A stretch of 64,000 nucleotides of DNA from Piromyces finnis finn (lineage: Eukaryota; Fungi; Neocallimastigomycota). The stretch lies in the NCBI GenBank assembly GCA_002104945.1, contig MCFH01000050.1, positions 124,001 to 188,000 on the forward strand, read 5' to 3'. A program made the translations under genes and the position numbers. How positions within the stretch are numbered: position 1 is the stretch's first letter; every line of letters starts with the position of its first letter. The notes under the pieces are model-generated. The model worked only from the letters and a program-made list of their open reading frames with translations, did no database searches and was not told the DNA's origin. Positions 47,414 to 64,000 of the stretch are shown piece by piece.

Positions 47414-49380
47414 ATGGGTAAAAGAAGAGAAGTTATTGCCAGTAGTAAACAAAGTATTGATATGGAATATGATGATTCTTCTTCCGATGAAGAAACTTCT
47501 TACTTAGGTAAAAAAGCTTTACTTTCTATGGCTCAACAAAATAGTAATGAAGATGAAATGGAAGTTGAAGTTGATGAAACTAAAGATAAAAAGGTTGAAA
47601 CCAAAGAAAAAGACAATCAACCAAAAGAATTCAAAAATAGACAAAGAATTATGCTTCTTTGTTCAAGAGGTATCACTGCTAGGTAAAAATCCATAAATAA
47701 CATTTTTATTAAATGAAAAGGATGTATATATATGATAATTAAAAATCATAAAATTTCAATTGAAAAAGAAAATCATAAAGTATACAATATACAAACAATG
47801 AAGTAACCAGAAAATTTTCAATAAAATATTATTTATTAATAGTAGAAAGTAAAATATTATTGAAAGGAAAAATATTCATAATAATAAATTATTTTACTAT
47901 TAATAAAAATTTGAAATTCTAATTAATTATTTATTCAGATATTTCAGAAAAAAAAAAAAAGATTCATTCTTTTTTATATATATATCCTATTTCAAAATAT
48001 GATACATTTAATATTATATTTTAAAATCCGTTGTAATTAATTTTAATATTAATTATAAATCATATTATATAAATAATTTAGACATCGTCATTTAATGTCA
48101 GATTTACAAGCTCTTTTACCACATGCTAAAAAAGGTAGAAATATTAAAATAAAATAACAATTTATTTCATATAATATATGCTAATAATACTTTTTTTTTA
48201 TTTAATATGCTTAATCTAAATGTATATTTCAAAAACTTATTTTAAATTGTAACATTTAACAATTCACATAAAAATCAAAAAATAATAGATAGTAAACTCG
48301 ATTCTAAGAGTAGATTATACATTCTTAATGAATTAGCTGATATCAATAATTGTAATAATTGTATTTACTTCGAAGGTAGAAAGCACACTGATTTATATAT
48401 GTGGCTTTCAAAAACACCAAATGGACCAAGTATTAAATTCCATGTTACTAACAGTAAATATCAAATACTATTAAATATTAGTATTTATAAAATGTTTAAA
48501 TATATTATAGAATTAAATCTCAAAATAGAACAAAGCAATTAATAAATATACTTTATATTAATGATTTCTTTAGTCCATACTATGAGTGAATTACATTTAA
48601 CTGGTAATTGTTTAAAGGGTTCCAGACCAATTGTCTCTTTCGATAAAACTTTTGATTCTACTCCACATTATAAATTAATTAAGGAAGTTTTATTACATGT
48701 AAGTATATAATAATAGATTCAAAAATAAATAGCATCATAAATAAATGTATTAGGAATAAAAATTAATAAATTTTAAATAATTAATAGAATTTCAGTACTC
48801 CAACTACTTCAAGAAGAATAAAGCCATTCGTTGATCATGTCATTACTTTCTCTATTGCTGATGGAAGAATATGGTTTAGAAACTACCAAGTATGATTTAT
48901 TTTTTTAAAAAATTTCATTTTTTTATTCTAATTAAAAAGGAAATGAGCTAAAATTTTAATTATATTTTAAAAATCATTAGATAGTAGAAAAGGATGATGG
49001 TACTAAAAAGGAAAAGGAAATGTCTTTAGTTGAAATTGGTCCAAGATTTGTTTTACAAGTTATGAGAATTTTCGATGGTTCCTTCTGTGGTTCAACATTA
49101 TACAAGAACGGAGACTTTGTATCACCAAATGCTGTAAGAGTCTTTAACATAAAATTGCATAAATATTATATAAAAACGAAATATAAATATAAATTAATAT
49201 TAAATTTTTTTTTTTTTTTTTTTATATTTTTTATTTCATGAAAAACAGATAAGAAGATTCCAAAAACAAGAAATGTCTATGAAATACAACACTCGTGTTA
49301 ATAAGAATCTTGAACATGTTAAGCGTCTTGAAGAAGCTAATAACTTACCAAGTGATCCTTTAGATGAAGTTTTCCAATAA
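47414..49380 (+). CDS. BRX1: Ribosome biogenesis protein Brx1 (Brix domain); multi-exon
   Basis: NRQRIMLLCSRGITARHRHLMSDLQALLPHAKK, ELADINNCNNCIYFEGRKHTDLYMWLSKTPNGPSIKF, TMSELHLTGNCLKGSRP, IKPFVDHV, IWFRNYQI, LVEIGPRFVL. Stop at 49378-49380. Confidence 0.96.
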
Positions 49381-49449
49381 ATAGAGAAATAGACTACAGG
49401 AAAATATTTGTTTTCGACTTTAAAATTATAGATATTATCAAGTGGTTCT

Positions 49450-49492
<43 letters not shown>

Positions 49493-50460
49493 TCAAACTA
49501 TAAATTTATTTATTTTGTTTTATTAAAGTATTTAGAGATTATTTTTTTTTTTTTTTCTTATTTAAAAAAAAAAATAAATAATAAACGATTTTTTATTTTT
49601 AATTATATTTTTTTTTTTTTTTGTTCTAAACATACAAGTATTTCTCCATTAATAATTCTTATATTTGTTCATAAATTAATTATAAAAATTTAAATTATAC
49701 TATTTTCATTCAAAAAGTTTTTTATATAAAATAAAAATAAAAATTATTTATTTAAATCTACATTTTTTTATCATTTTTAAACATCAATAATGTGTAAATC
49801 ATTATTGATATTATATATATATATACTAAAAAGGATCAAGCAAAATAATACCACCAAAAAAAAAAAATTGACCTTCTTTTAATTGTTAATTATGTTTTTT
49901 AATTCTTTAAAAATTAGTATCATTCTTTTAAAAAATTATATTGCCAATTTTAACATGTTATGTGACACCATTAAAAAATAAAAAATAAAATTTATAGCTT
50001 TTTGTGTTTATTAACAAAATATATATTATATCTTTATTATATATTAAATAATTTTTTTTTTTTTTTTATCTTAAATACTTTTACAATAATGATACAAATT
50101 AATATATATAATCATATAATATTATATAATATATAATTTTTATTTTTATTAAATTTAATGAAAATAATTTATCAAAGGTATGTGCAAATATTTATGTATA
50201 AATTTCTTGGTTATTTTTTTAAATAATCTTTTTTTTTTTAAAGCTAGTTTTTTTTTTTCTCTTCTTTTTTTTTTTTTTTTTTTTTCCTTTTTGTATGATT
50301 TAGTTTTTGAATAAATAGGTTTTTTTTATTAACATTTTATTAAATTTATAAAAAATGTTCAATTTTTGCATTATTGTTCTCTCTTATAATACTTATTTGT
50401 TTATGAAAATAATTTATGATAATTTTTTATTTGTGACGTATTATAAAATTATTTCTCAAT

Positions 50461-54086
<3,626 letters not shown>

Positions 54087-54258
54087 GTTGTATGCTTTTT
54101 TTATAATTAATAAAAATGTAAATTATTAATTTAATTAATATTAAATTAACTAAATAAGAATAGAAATAAAATAATTTTTTAATTTAAAATAAAAAAATTA
54201 TTATTTATTTCACTAGCTTTTTTTTTAAAAAAATTATTTAAAAAGTGTAGTGTAGAAA

Positions 54259-54289
<31 letters not shown>

Positions 54290-54750
54290 AAATGTATTTA
54301 TATAAATTAAATTTTAATACATTTCTCAATAATAATAAAAAAATACAAATATTAATATACATTATTTTAGTACATAATATTATTAAAAAAATTTTTACAG
54401 TTAATGTATAATATCCAATCACTAATTAAAATCTAATAATCCATCAAATTTTATGTTAGTATTTATATGATTTGATTTTGGTACCAAAGATATATGGTTA
54501 ATAACCAAAATAACAACCCAGATAGAATTGCTTTTGTTTTGCTTGCTATAAATATATTTGGAAATTCGTAATGAAGAAATAAAAGTTAATATCTTTTTAC
54601 AAATTAACAGTGAAAAGATAATAGTAATAATATGTCTAATTATTAAAAATAAAAAACAATAAAACGAATCAAGATAGTATTTAATAGATCATAGAAACAT
54701 AATTTAATAATTAATGTGTCATTTATCAATAGCATATAGTATGATTATAC

Positions 54751-54829
54751 ATCTGAATATAATATTCATATCTATTTTCTTAATATAAAATAGATATTGA
54801 GAAAATAGATATGAATATTATATTCAGAT
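54751..54829. repeat. Inverted repeat / hairpin with 30-bp perfect arms extending to a 36-bp stem
   Basis: 54751-54780 atctgaatataatattcatatctattttct is the exact reverse complement of 54800-54829. The stem continues through one T:G pair and 5 more pairs around a 7-nt loop (54787-54793). Confidence 0.95.
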
Positions 54830-55960
54830 CTATTTTAACATTTTTCTTTTTACTCTTCTTTTTTAATAATTTATAGAAAATGTGTAATGTGTAATGTTAC
54901 ACAAATATTCATTTAAAAATTATTTAGAAATTTTAATATTAATTTTGTTTTAATAATTAATATTTTAAAAAATATAAAAGAATAGATGAGATTTTCACCT
55001 TTTTTTTTTCTATTTATTGATATTTCTCTAATTTATAATTGTCTATAATAATTTTTATGAGTCTTTTCTTATAATTAAAAAAAATGATGAATCCACTTTA
55101 AAAGAGTATATTATTTTTAATCATCATTACCATTATTAATATAAGTAATAATTAATGTAAGGCGCAGATAAATGTAATAAAGAATTAATGGATCATTTTC
55201 TATAAAAATATATATTAAATTTATTAATTGTGGCGTATTAAATTTATTATTATTTGTTTAAAGTATTTTAAATTTACCAAGAAAAAAAAATTGTTTTGGG
55301 AGTTGTTGTAGGTAGAGTATATTAATAATACTAATACCTCATTAAATTAAAATATTTTATTTTTCTACCATATTTAATATATAATGAATATGTATTTTAT
55401 TTAAACTTTTAAAATAATACTTTTAATAGTTTGGTTTATTTTTAAAAGCAACAAAATAAAATTAATATTTAAATTATTATTAAAATCAAAATAAGAAGAA
55501 TAAAAATAATAGTAATAATTAATAAATATTAATTAACTTTTACTTTTAAAATAACAATCAAATAACAAAATCGAAATATATTGGTATATAAATAAAAATA
55601 GCGAAGAGAAAAACAAAAATAAAGAAGTATTAAAAGAGATATATGTTTATCATATATATATATAGACAAAAAGAATAAGAAGATACTTAAACATAGAAAA
55701 GAGTCAACTATTATTAAAGAAAAAATATAAATTTTAGAAAAGGAAAAATTAAACTAATAAAAAAAAATAAGAAAAAAAGAAAAATAAAAAAAATAAAAAT
55801 AAAAATAAAATAAATAAAAATAAAAATAAAAACAAACAAACAAAATAATAACAAAATATAATAAATAATATAATCAATTAAAAATAATAATAAATATATT
55901 CAATAAATAAAAAATACATAAATACATATACATTTACCAAAAAAAAAAAAAAAAAAAAAA

Positions 55961-56128
55961 ATGATCAGTGGTGTATTTATTTTTAATGTAAAAGGTGAAG
56001 TTATCATCTCAAGACTTTTCCGTCCAGATATCAAGTAAGAAAAATAAATGTTTATTTTTATCTTGGTTATTTTTATATAATAAAATACCTCTTAATATTA
56101 TTAAATATAATAAAAATAGACATAATAG

Positions 56129-56169
<41 letters not shown>

Positions 56170-58402
56170 ATAATATAATACTATAATTGTTTTACTAATT
56201 TTTATTTTTATTTATTAAATAATAACATATAATCAATGTTAATATAACTTAATAACTTATAACATAAATATTAAATAAAATAAAATAAAATAAAACCATA
56301 AAATATAAAAGACGTTCATTATCAGATGTTTTTAGAATTCAAGTTATTTCAAATCCAGATATAAGATCACCAATTGCTACATTAGGTTCAACTTCTTTTT
56401 TCCATGTCAAACATGAAAATATATACATTGTTGCTGTCACAAAGTTAAATGCAAATGCTGCAATAATTTTCCAATTTTTATACAAATTTATTTCAATAGG
56501 AAATGTTTATTTTGGAAAATTTGACGAAGAAGCTGTTAAAAACAATTTCGTATTAATTTATGAATTATTAGATGGTAAATAATAATGCAATGAAACATTA
56601 TATTTAGTATTTTCAAAGTTGATAAATTTTTGAAATAATAAGAACTAAAATATAGAAATATCCGAAAAAGAAAAAAAAAAAAAAAAAAAACAATTAACTA
56701 TCAAATATTACATATTTATTCAAGAAAAAGAATTAATTTATGTATATCACAATAACTAACTATAATATTTTCATTTAATATTCATAATATAATATAACAT
56801 TAAAAAATATAAAATAATCATTATTGTTTTTGCTTAAATAAAAAAGAAATTCTTGATTTTGGTTATCCACAAAATTGTGAAACTGAAACCTTAAAGATGT
56901 ACATTACAACTGAAGGTGTCAAATCAGAAAGAGCAATTGTAAATATTAATAATAATTATATTCGACTTACCGAATTAATATATAACATAACCTTCATTAA
57001 TTAATTAATGTGTATTTCATAATTTAAATAACATTATTAATAATATATAAGAGTACTGATTCTTCAAAGATTACAATTCAAGCTACTGGTGCTACAGCAT
57101 GGAGAAGACCGGATATTAAATATAGAAAAAATGAAGCTTTTATTGATGTTATTGAAAGTGTAAATTTATTAATGAGCAATAATGGTAAGAAAAAAAAATA
57201 AATAAATAAGAAATAATTATTTTAATATAACAAAAGAATATGTTTTTTATTAATGTTTAAATATAATAATATTATATATAAAATAAAATATTAATTATAA
57301 AAATAGGTGCTGCACTTCGTTCAGATGTTTCAGGTAAAATTTTAATGAGAGCCTATCTCTCAGGTACACCAGAATGTAAGTTTGGTTTAAATGATCGTGT
57401 ATTATTAGAAAAAGAAGGTCGTAGAGATAATGTTGGAAAAAAAACAGGAAGTGTTGAATTAGATGATTGTCAATTCCATCAATGTGTCAAACTTGGTAAA
57501 TTTGATACCGATAGAACAATTAGTTTCATTCCACCTGATGGTGAATTTGAATTAATGAGGTAAGGAAAAAAAAAAAATTGAATAATACATTTAATATTAA
57601 GCTGTCATATCATATTTTGTAAAATCAATAATATTCACTTTTAATTAATGAATATAAATTTTAATAAAATTCAAAAAATATTTATATTTTAGATATCGTA
57701 CTACTGATAACATTAATCTTCCATTTAGAATAAACCCAATTGTTAAGGAAATGCCAAATAACAAAGTTGAATATCGTATTGTTGTTCGTAGTCAGTTCTC
57801 AAATAAAGTATTTGCTCAAAATGTTATTATAAGAATTCCAACACCATTAAATACTTCAAATACAAAAATACATGTCAACCAAGGAAGAGGAAAATATGTT
57901 GGTAGTGAAAATCATATGGTTTGGAAGTTAGTAATCTCAACCTAAAAAACTCGATAAAATAAATTTTATTGACCCATTTTATTAATTTTATTTTTCACTA
58001 TATTTATATTTTTTTTCATCATCATAATATCTAAATTATATTAAAAAAAAAAAAAAGAATAAATCGTTTCCAAGGTCAACAAGAATATTCCTTCAATGCA
58101 GTAGTAGAATTAACACCAACAACTAATAAGAAAGCTTGGTCAAGACCACCTATATCTATGGACTTCCAAGTATTAATGTTCACAGCTAGTGGTTTATTGG
58201 TTCGTTTCTTAAAGGTCTTCGAAAAGAGTAATTATCAAAGTGTCAAATGGGTTAGATATATGACTAAAGCTGGAAGTTATCAAATACGTGTAAGTTTTTT
58301 ATTATTTAATACAAATAAATATATATATCATAAAGTAATAACTTGTTAATAATAAATTTATTGAAATCATTATTTTTTTTTTTTTTAATAATTTAGTTTT
58401 AG
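55961..58402 (+). CDS. AP2M1: AP-2 adaptor complex subunit mu; multi-exon
   Basis: [146 protein letters not shown]. Terminal coding exon TTT TAG at 58397-58402. Confidence 0.97.
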
Positions 58403-59225
58403 GGAAGGAATTCTTTTTCCAATATATCTTTGAAATAAATATCTATTTAAAATGCTTTAAAATATATATATATATATATATATATAACTCACACTTTAAA
58501 AAAAAAAAAATAATAATATAAATTCAAAAAATTAAAAATTAAAGCACTTAAAATCTGTACACAAAAGTATAATTTTTTATTTAATTTACTCCTCCTATAA
58601 TTCAAAATAATAAACAATTTAAAAATAAAAAATAAAAAATAAAAATAATAATATACATAAATTTCATAAATAATAATTATAATTGTAATTTTAATTGTAA
58701 AATATACTAAAGTATGCTAAGGATTTATACATAAAAAAAAATAATAATAATTATTTATTTTATATAAATTAATAGTATAGGTATAAATTATATAGAACAT
58801 AAAATAACAATAAAATACATAATAAAATAATAATAAAAGATAAATATAAAAGATAAATTATATTATTATTATTATTATTATTATTATTTGGTTAAATTTG
58901 ATTTTGTTTTATACATAATTTTTAAATGATAATTTATAATTTTATTACTTGTTTTATTTATTACTTATATGAAAAATGAGACTACATATTTTTATAAATT
59001 AATAAAATTATCTAATATTTATTATTTATTTATTTATATATTATATAAGTATATGAGTTAAAATTTTATTTTTATTTTATTTTATTTTATTTTTGGTTTA
59101 AGTATATATATATTTTTTTTTTTTTTTTTTTGGGATTTACTTAATAATAACTTAAAATAAAAGATAAATGAACCCGATATATTATGAGTTTTAATTAAAT
59201 TATGTTTTTTTTTTTTTTTTTTTTT

Positions 59226-60989
59226 TTACTTAAGTTTTATTTGATTATCAAGACCTTCATAATTAAAACCAGCGGATTGTGCACTTACATCATCTTGACT
59301 ACCATGAAGAGCAAGATATAATTTATAGATTTGATAATCCATAACTTCAGATGAAGCGTCTGGATCTGCAAGAATATTCTGAGCTTGTTCAAATATTTCT
59401 TTAAATGCTATGTAATTCTCATTGGTAACCCAATAAGTTCCTGGAGTTACATCACTTCCATTGGCACTAGCTTGAAGAACAGAAAACTTCTTATTAGCAA
59501 AATTGATAGCCATAGAGAGGAATATCTTTGCGTTGTCATTTGTAGTAAAACCACATGGTGCGCCAAGATCACCAGAATAAGTGTCAACAAACCATAAACT
59601 TACTTTAAGATCCTCTTTATTTTTTGTAAATCCAAAGTAATTATGTGCATTAACAAATTCACTACATCTATTAGAAATAATTACATTATCACGACTGAAA
59701 TTTATAGCATCAGGATATTTTGTATCATCCATTTGATAATAATTGTTTTCCTTTCCTTCTGTTAAAATACCATTAATTTCATAGGCTTTAATAACATTCC
59801 ATCCAGAAGGTGTATACTTAAATACAGCCATATCACCAATTTGAAGTCTACTATCTGATAAATCCTGTTTAGTAATAACTTCACCTGACAATCCAGTAAA
59901 ATGATCACCATTGTATAGTTTTTTTCCTTCTTCATCAACAGAAGCGCGAACTATTGAAACATTACCATTAACATAGGTAAATATCTTATTTACAATAAAT
60001 GGTTCAACATAATATGCTGAAATTCTATCAATATAACCATCATTATCATCATCAACACCACAAATTTCATTACCAGCAGGAATCTTTTTATTAAGAGCAA
60101 CAACAGCATCTAAATAATCAGTATAAATTTTTTCATCGATGATATAACCATTATCACCACTTTTAGACATCCATACATTTCCATTAACAGCAAATCCCTC
60201 TGGATACTCTTCATCAAATTTCTCTTCATTCTCGGATAGATAAAAATCATTTATTGAATATCCACCAGAACTAACAATAGCTTTAAATCCATCTATAGCA
60301 TTATCATTATCTGATATTTTATATAAATGTCTATATTCATCATCTGTAATAGTTATAGAATCATCTACTCCTTGTTCTTTTCTTACAATAACAGTTGTTA
60401 TATTACTTCCACTTTCTTGATTTTCATAAGAAATATTACCTTCATTCTCCTGATATTCATTTCCATAATCTTCTTCATTGGCTAAGAAACGTCTAAATAC
60501 TTCTTGTGAATGAATAACTAAAACTGAAAATACAGCAGGTGGTATTTTTAAAGTTGGACAAAAGATTAATCCTAAATTATTAATTGTCATTTTATTTAAA
60601 TCAGAATTATCTGACACACTAGAAAATTTGATGTTCATTCAAAATTTTTAGAAATAGGAAGCAATATTTTTATATTAAAATATATAAAATTTTAATATAT
60701 AAATAAAATAAAATTAAAATTAAAATATCATTAACAAAATATAACTATTAAATTTTAACTATATTATGCCTGAATATGAATTAAATAAATATTTATGTAC
60801 CTTTTTAAATGGAAACATATATAACCTAATAAATTATAATTCCATTCCGGTATTTCTTCTAATATATCAGCAAGTTCATCATATTCTGTAAAATCTTCTG
60901 GTTTTTCAATGCAATATTTTCTTATAACATCAGTTAATTTTATATTATGTTCTTCATCAACTAATTTTGTTGGTACTTTACAGAATTAA

Positions 60990-61020
<31 letters not shown>

Positions 61021-61894
61021 TTAATAAATTGTAAATTCTTTCTAATTTTCAAAAATAAACTAAAATGGATGAAATATTTAATATTTACAGTTTCTTAAGA
61101 ATAATTTTAATAAAGTAGCTACTGTATTTGGATTTTCTCCTTTTAAATCAACTGGCTCTAAAAAATCATATTTATCTCTTAAAACTTCAACTTGATGTGT
61201 ACTTCCTGGAATTCTGTACAAACCAACTTCATCGATTGCATCGGTTAATTCATTAATACAATCATAAACAATGCATGGTATTCCATATTCATGACCTGAA
61301 TATTCCATAACATACTTTGTTTTTTAAAAATTTATTTATTTTTATATAATATGTATATATTATAATAAAATGTTATTATTTCATGTTTTTAATATTATTA
61401 TAAAATAATTCATATTATAATTTACTTCTAACGGAACACCAAAAACATAACGTTCTCTAACTTCTTGTTGTTGTACTGGTTGTTCCTCTTTTATATAAAA
61501 AATATGAGAAAAAAAATAATTTTATTAATATCATTTATTAAACATTTAATTATATAAATATAATAGGATTTTATTTTAATAAAACTTAGTTTTACAAATG
61601 TTTTTTTTTTTTAAAAAAAAATTTTAATATATAATACTAATGTATATTTTGCAATGATTTTAAAAATATTTACAAAATTATACCTTTTTTAATCTTTTGC
61701 ATAATATTACGACTTTGTTGGTTGGCATATACTGCAAATTCAGAACCTTTAGTTTTTGCATAATTTGATAATTCCATTTGCTTGTTTTTAGTTTTTTGTT
61801 TAAAATCACTAAATTTTGAAGAAAAAGCAGACCAAGCTGAGCTTTTTCCAGTTTCCTGATTATCTTCCTGTGAATTTAAACTACGATTTGACAT
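59226..61894 (-). CDS. RhoGAP fused in frame to a ~370-aa bacterial-like domain (688 aa, 5 exons)
   Basis: Exons 61894-61684, 61487-61426, 61314-61089, 60975-60801, 60618-59226 total 2067 nt in frame. RhoGAP motifs: VFGVPLE, IPCIVYDCI, GLYRIPG (Arg finger), VATLLKLFLRNLP, LLGYICFHLK, NKMTINNLGLIFCPTL. These are followed without a stop by a non-repetitive globular domain. Confidence 0.88.
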
Positions 61895-64000
61895 TATTGA
61901 ATTATATTTACTTTGTTGTTTATTTTAAAATATCTTGTTATATGATAATTTTTACAATTACTATTAAAACTTTATTTATTTCTATTGAAATTTTTTTTTG
62001 AATTTTTTTTGAAATTTTTATTGAAATATAGGCACTTTAATTTTATTATTGTTGCTTATATTATTACTATCCGCTAAATTATTATATTATTATACTGTTA
62101 TATTTTCTATATTTATTAAAACAAGTTTTCACTCATTTATTTATAATTATTGTTATTCCTCGAATATTACTATGTTTTATTGTTGAAATTATAAATAAGA
62201 AAAGAATATTTTAATAATAATTAAGATATCCTTTTTTTTTATGTAATTAGTACTGATATTAAAAAATAAACGAATATTATATACATAATATAGTTTATAT
62301 AATACAATTCAACGTTACTATAAAATTAATATTTGATTAAATTTTATTATTTCTCGATAATATATATTATTAAATATACTTTGAAGATGTTTAATTTTTT
62401 CTATTCTATGTTTTTTTCTTTTGTTTGTTTGTTTTTGTTTTGTTTTGTTTTGTTTATAAATTATAATTTATTATATGAAATGTTGAAAATTTTAATTATA
62501 AATAATGTCCCTATAAAATTTAAATATTTATCATAACAAAATATTTACAAATTAATAATTTTAATATTAAATATTTGAAAATATTATTTTATTATTTATC
62601 ATTACTTAAATAAAAGATGACTATCTTACTTTCAATTTTTGTAAGGCCAACGTTAATATGAATGTCTAGTTATTTATTATAATCAATTAATAGAAATGAT
62701 AATTTTTACTTTGACAATTTATTTTATTATATTAAATTTTAAATTTATAATCTAGCTATTAAAAAAAAAAAAAGCAAGTCAATTTTATTTATTATTTAAA
62801 GCTTTAATATAATTATTCTTCTTTAAAAAAGAAAAAAAAGATATATATTTTTAGTATTGTTCTAAACAAATTTTACTTTATAATGATATTAATAAAGTAA
62901 AATTATAAATTATTTAAAATAAAATAAAAAATTATATTTATGTTATAATAAAAAAAAAAAATATTTAATATTTATATTATACATTAAAAAGGGATAAATT
63001 CAACATTTTCAATTTTTTAAATTTTCATATATTAAAAATATATAGTTAATATACTTTAATTATATTAGTTTACATATAATTATATAACAAAAATTTCAAA
63101 AACTAGTAATGATTTAATTCTATTTTTAATTATATTTTTAAAACTAATAAAACAACTTTGAGGATGTTGGATATGATTGTAAAATATAAATATTCATGAA
63201 CTATATATCATATATCAACAACATTATTATTTATTCATAATCACCATTATATAATGATTATAGTTGTTGTGATAAAAATGATATGTTTAGTATTAATAAA
63301 ATTTTAATAGATAAATATTATTATATAATATATATAATATATTTAATAATATAATTAAAAATCATTTGTCATGTTGATCCTCCTTTTAAAACCATCATCT
63401 TTATATCATATCCTATTACTATAGAAATAAAAACAATAAATAAGTATTATTTTTAAAGAATTATAATAATTATCAAATTACTCTTAACGTTTCTTTTTGT
63501 TTGCTTAATTCATCCTATATTACATCTATCTTACATGAATATAAATTATTTATTATCATTTGTCATTTGGTATATTAATTTTTACTTTTTTAAAATGAAC
63601 TCTTTTTTTTTTTTTCCTCTTTTAACATTTCATTATTATATAAACAATTATGAATTCATGTATTTGTTTTTTTCAATATCGATAATATTTCTTTATATTA
63701 ATATGCTTAAACCACTATCATTATTATTAATATTATTATTCTAATTATATAGCAATATTATTACCAAATAATAATAGCGGCCTCTTTTAATTAAAAAAAA
63801 ATATTAAGTAATTAGTTATAAAACAACATAAAATTGATATGTTAAATTTTATTGTTCATTACGGTGACTTACCATCATATCATTGGTTTAACTCTTAATA
63901 TATAGAAAATTATGAATATTTGTATCCTTTCTGCATTTAATATTATTAATATACATTATTAAACCATATATTAACTTTGTTTAATAGTAAACTAAAAAAT

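Noticed and set aside
63140-63420. Coding-like fragments near the right edge (e.g. NFEDVGYDCK, YNDYSCCDKND)
   Set aside because: Too short and interrupted to assign a gene or family.

Overview
Extremely AT-rich, intron-containing eukaryotic genomic DNA with short GT-AG introns and abundant (AAT)n/poly-Asn tracts. Gene content (fungal-type housekeeping genes plus an axonemal dynein chain) fits a zoosporic fungus, most likely an anaerobic gut fungus (Neocallimastigomycota); this is inference. Eleven multi-exon genes could be reconstructed by hand: a SMARCAL1-type SNF2 helicase with an N-terminal GRF zinc finger (runs off the left edge), WDR78/DNAI4, a UBE2U-like E2, an LRR-TM-SH3 receptor-like protein, polo kinase, a PWWP + TFIIS-N-like protein, folliculin, BRX1, alanyl-tRNA synthetase, AP-2 mu and a RhoGAP. 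There is also one small candidate gene, two decayed pseudogene relics and a near-perfect 36-bp hairpin. The standout is the RhoGAP, whose last exon runs in frame into an intronless ~370-aa domain that looks like a bacterial cell-surface protein (candidate HGT-derived gene fusion). Family assignments are from motif recognition, not database searches. No rRNA, tRNA, CRISPR or intact transposon was seen.
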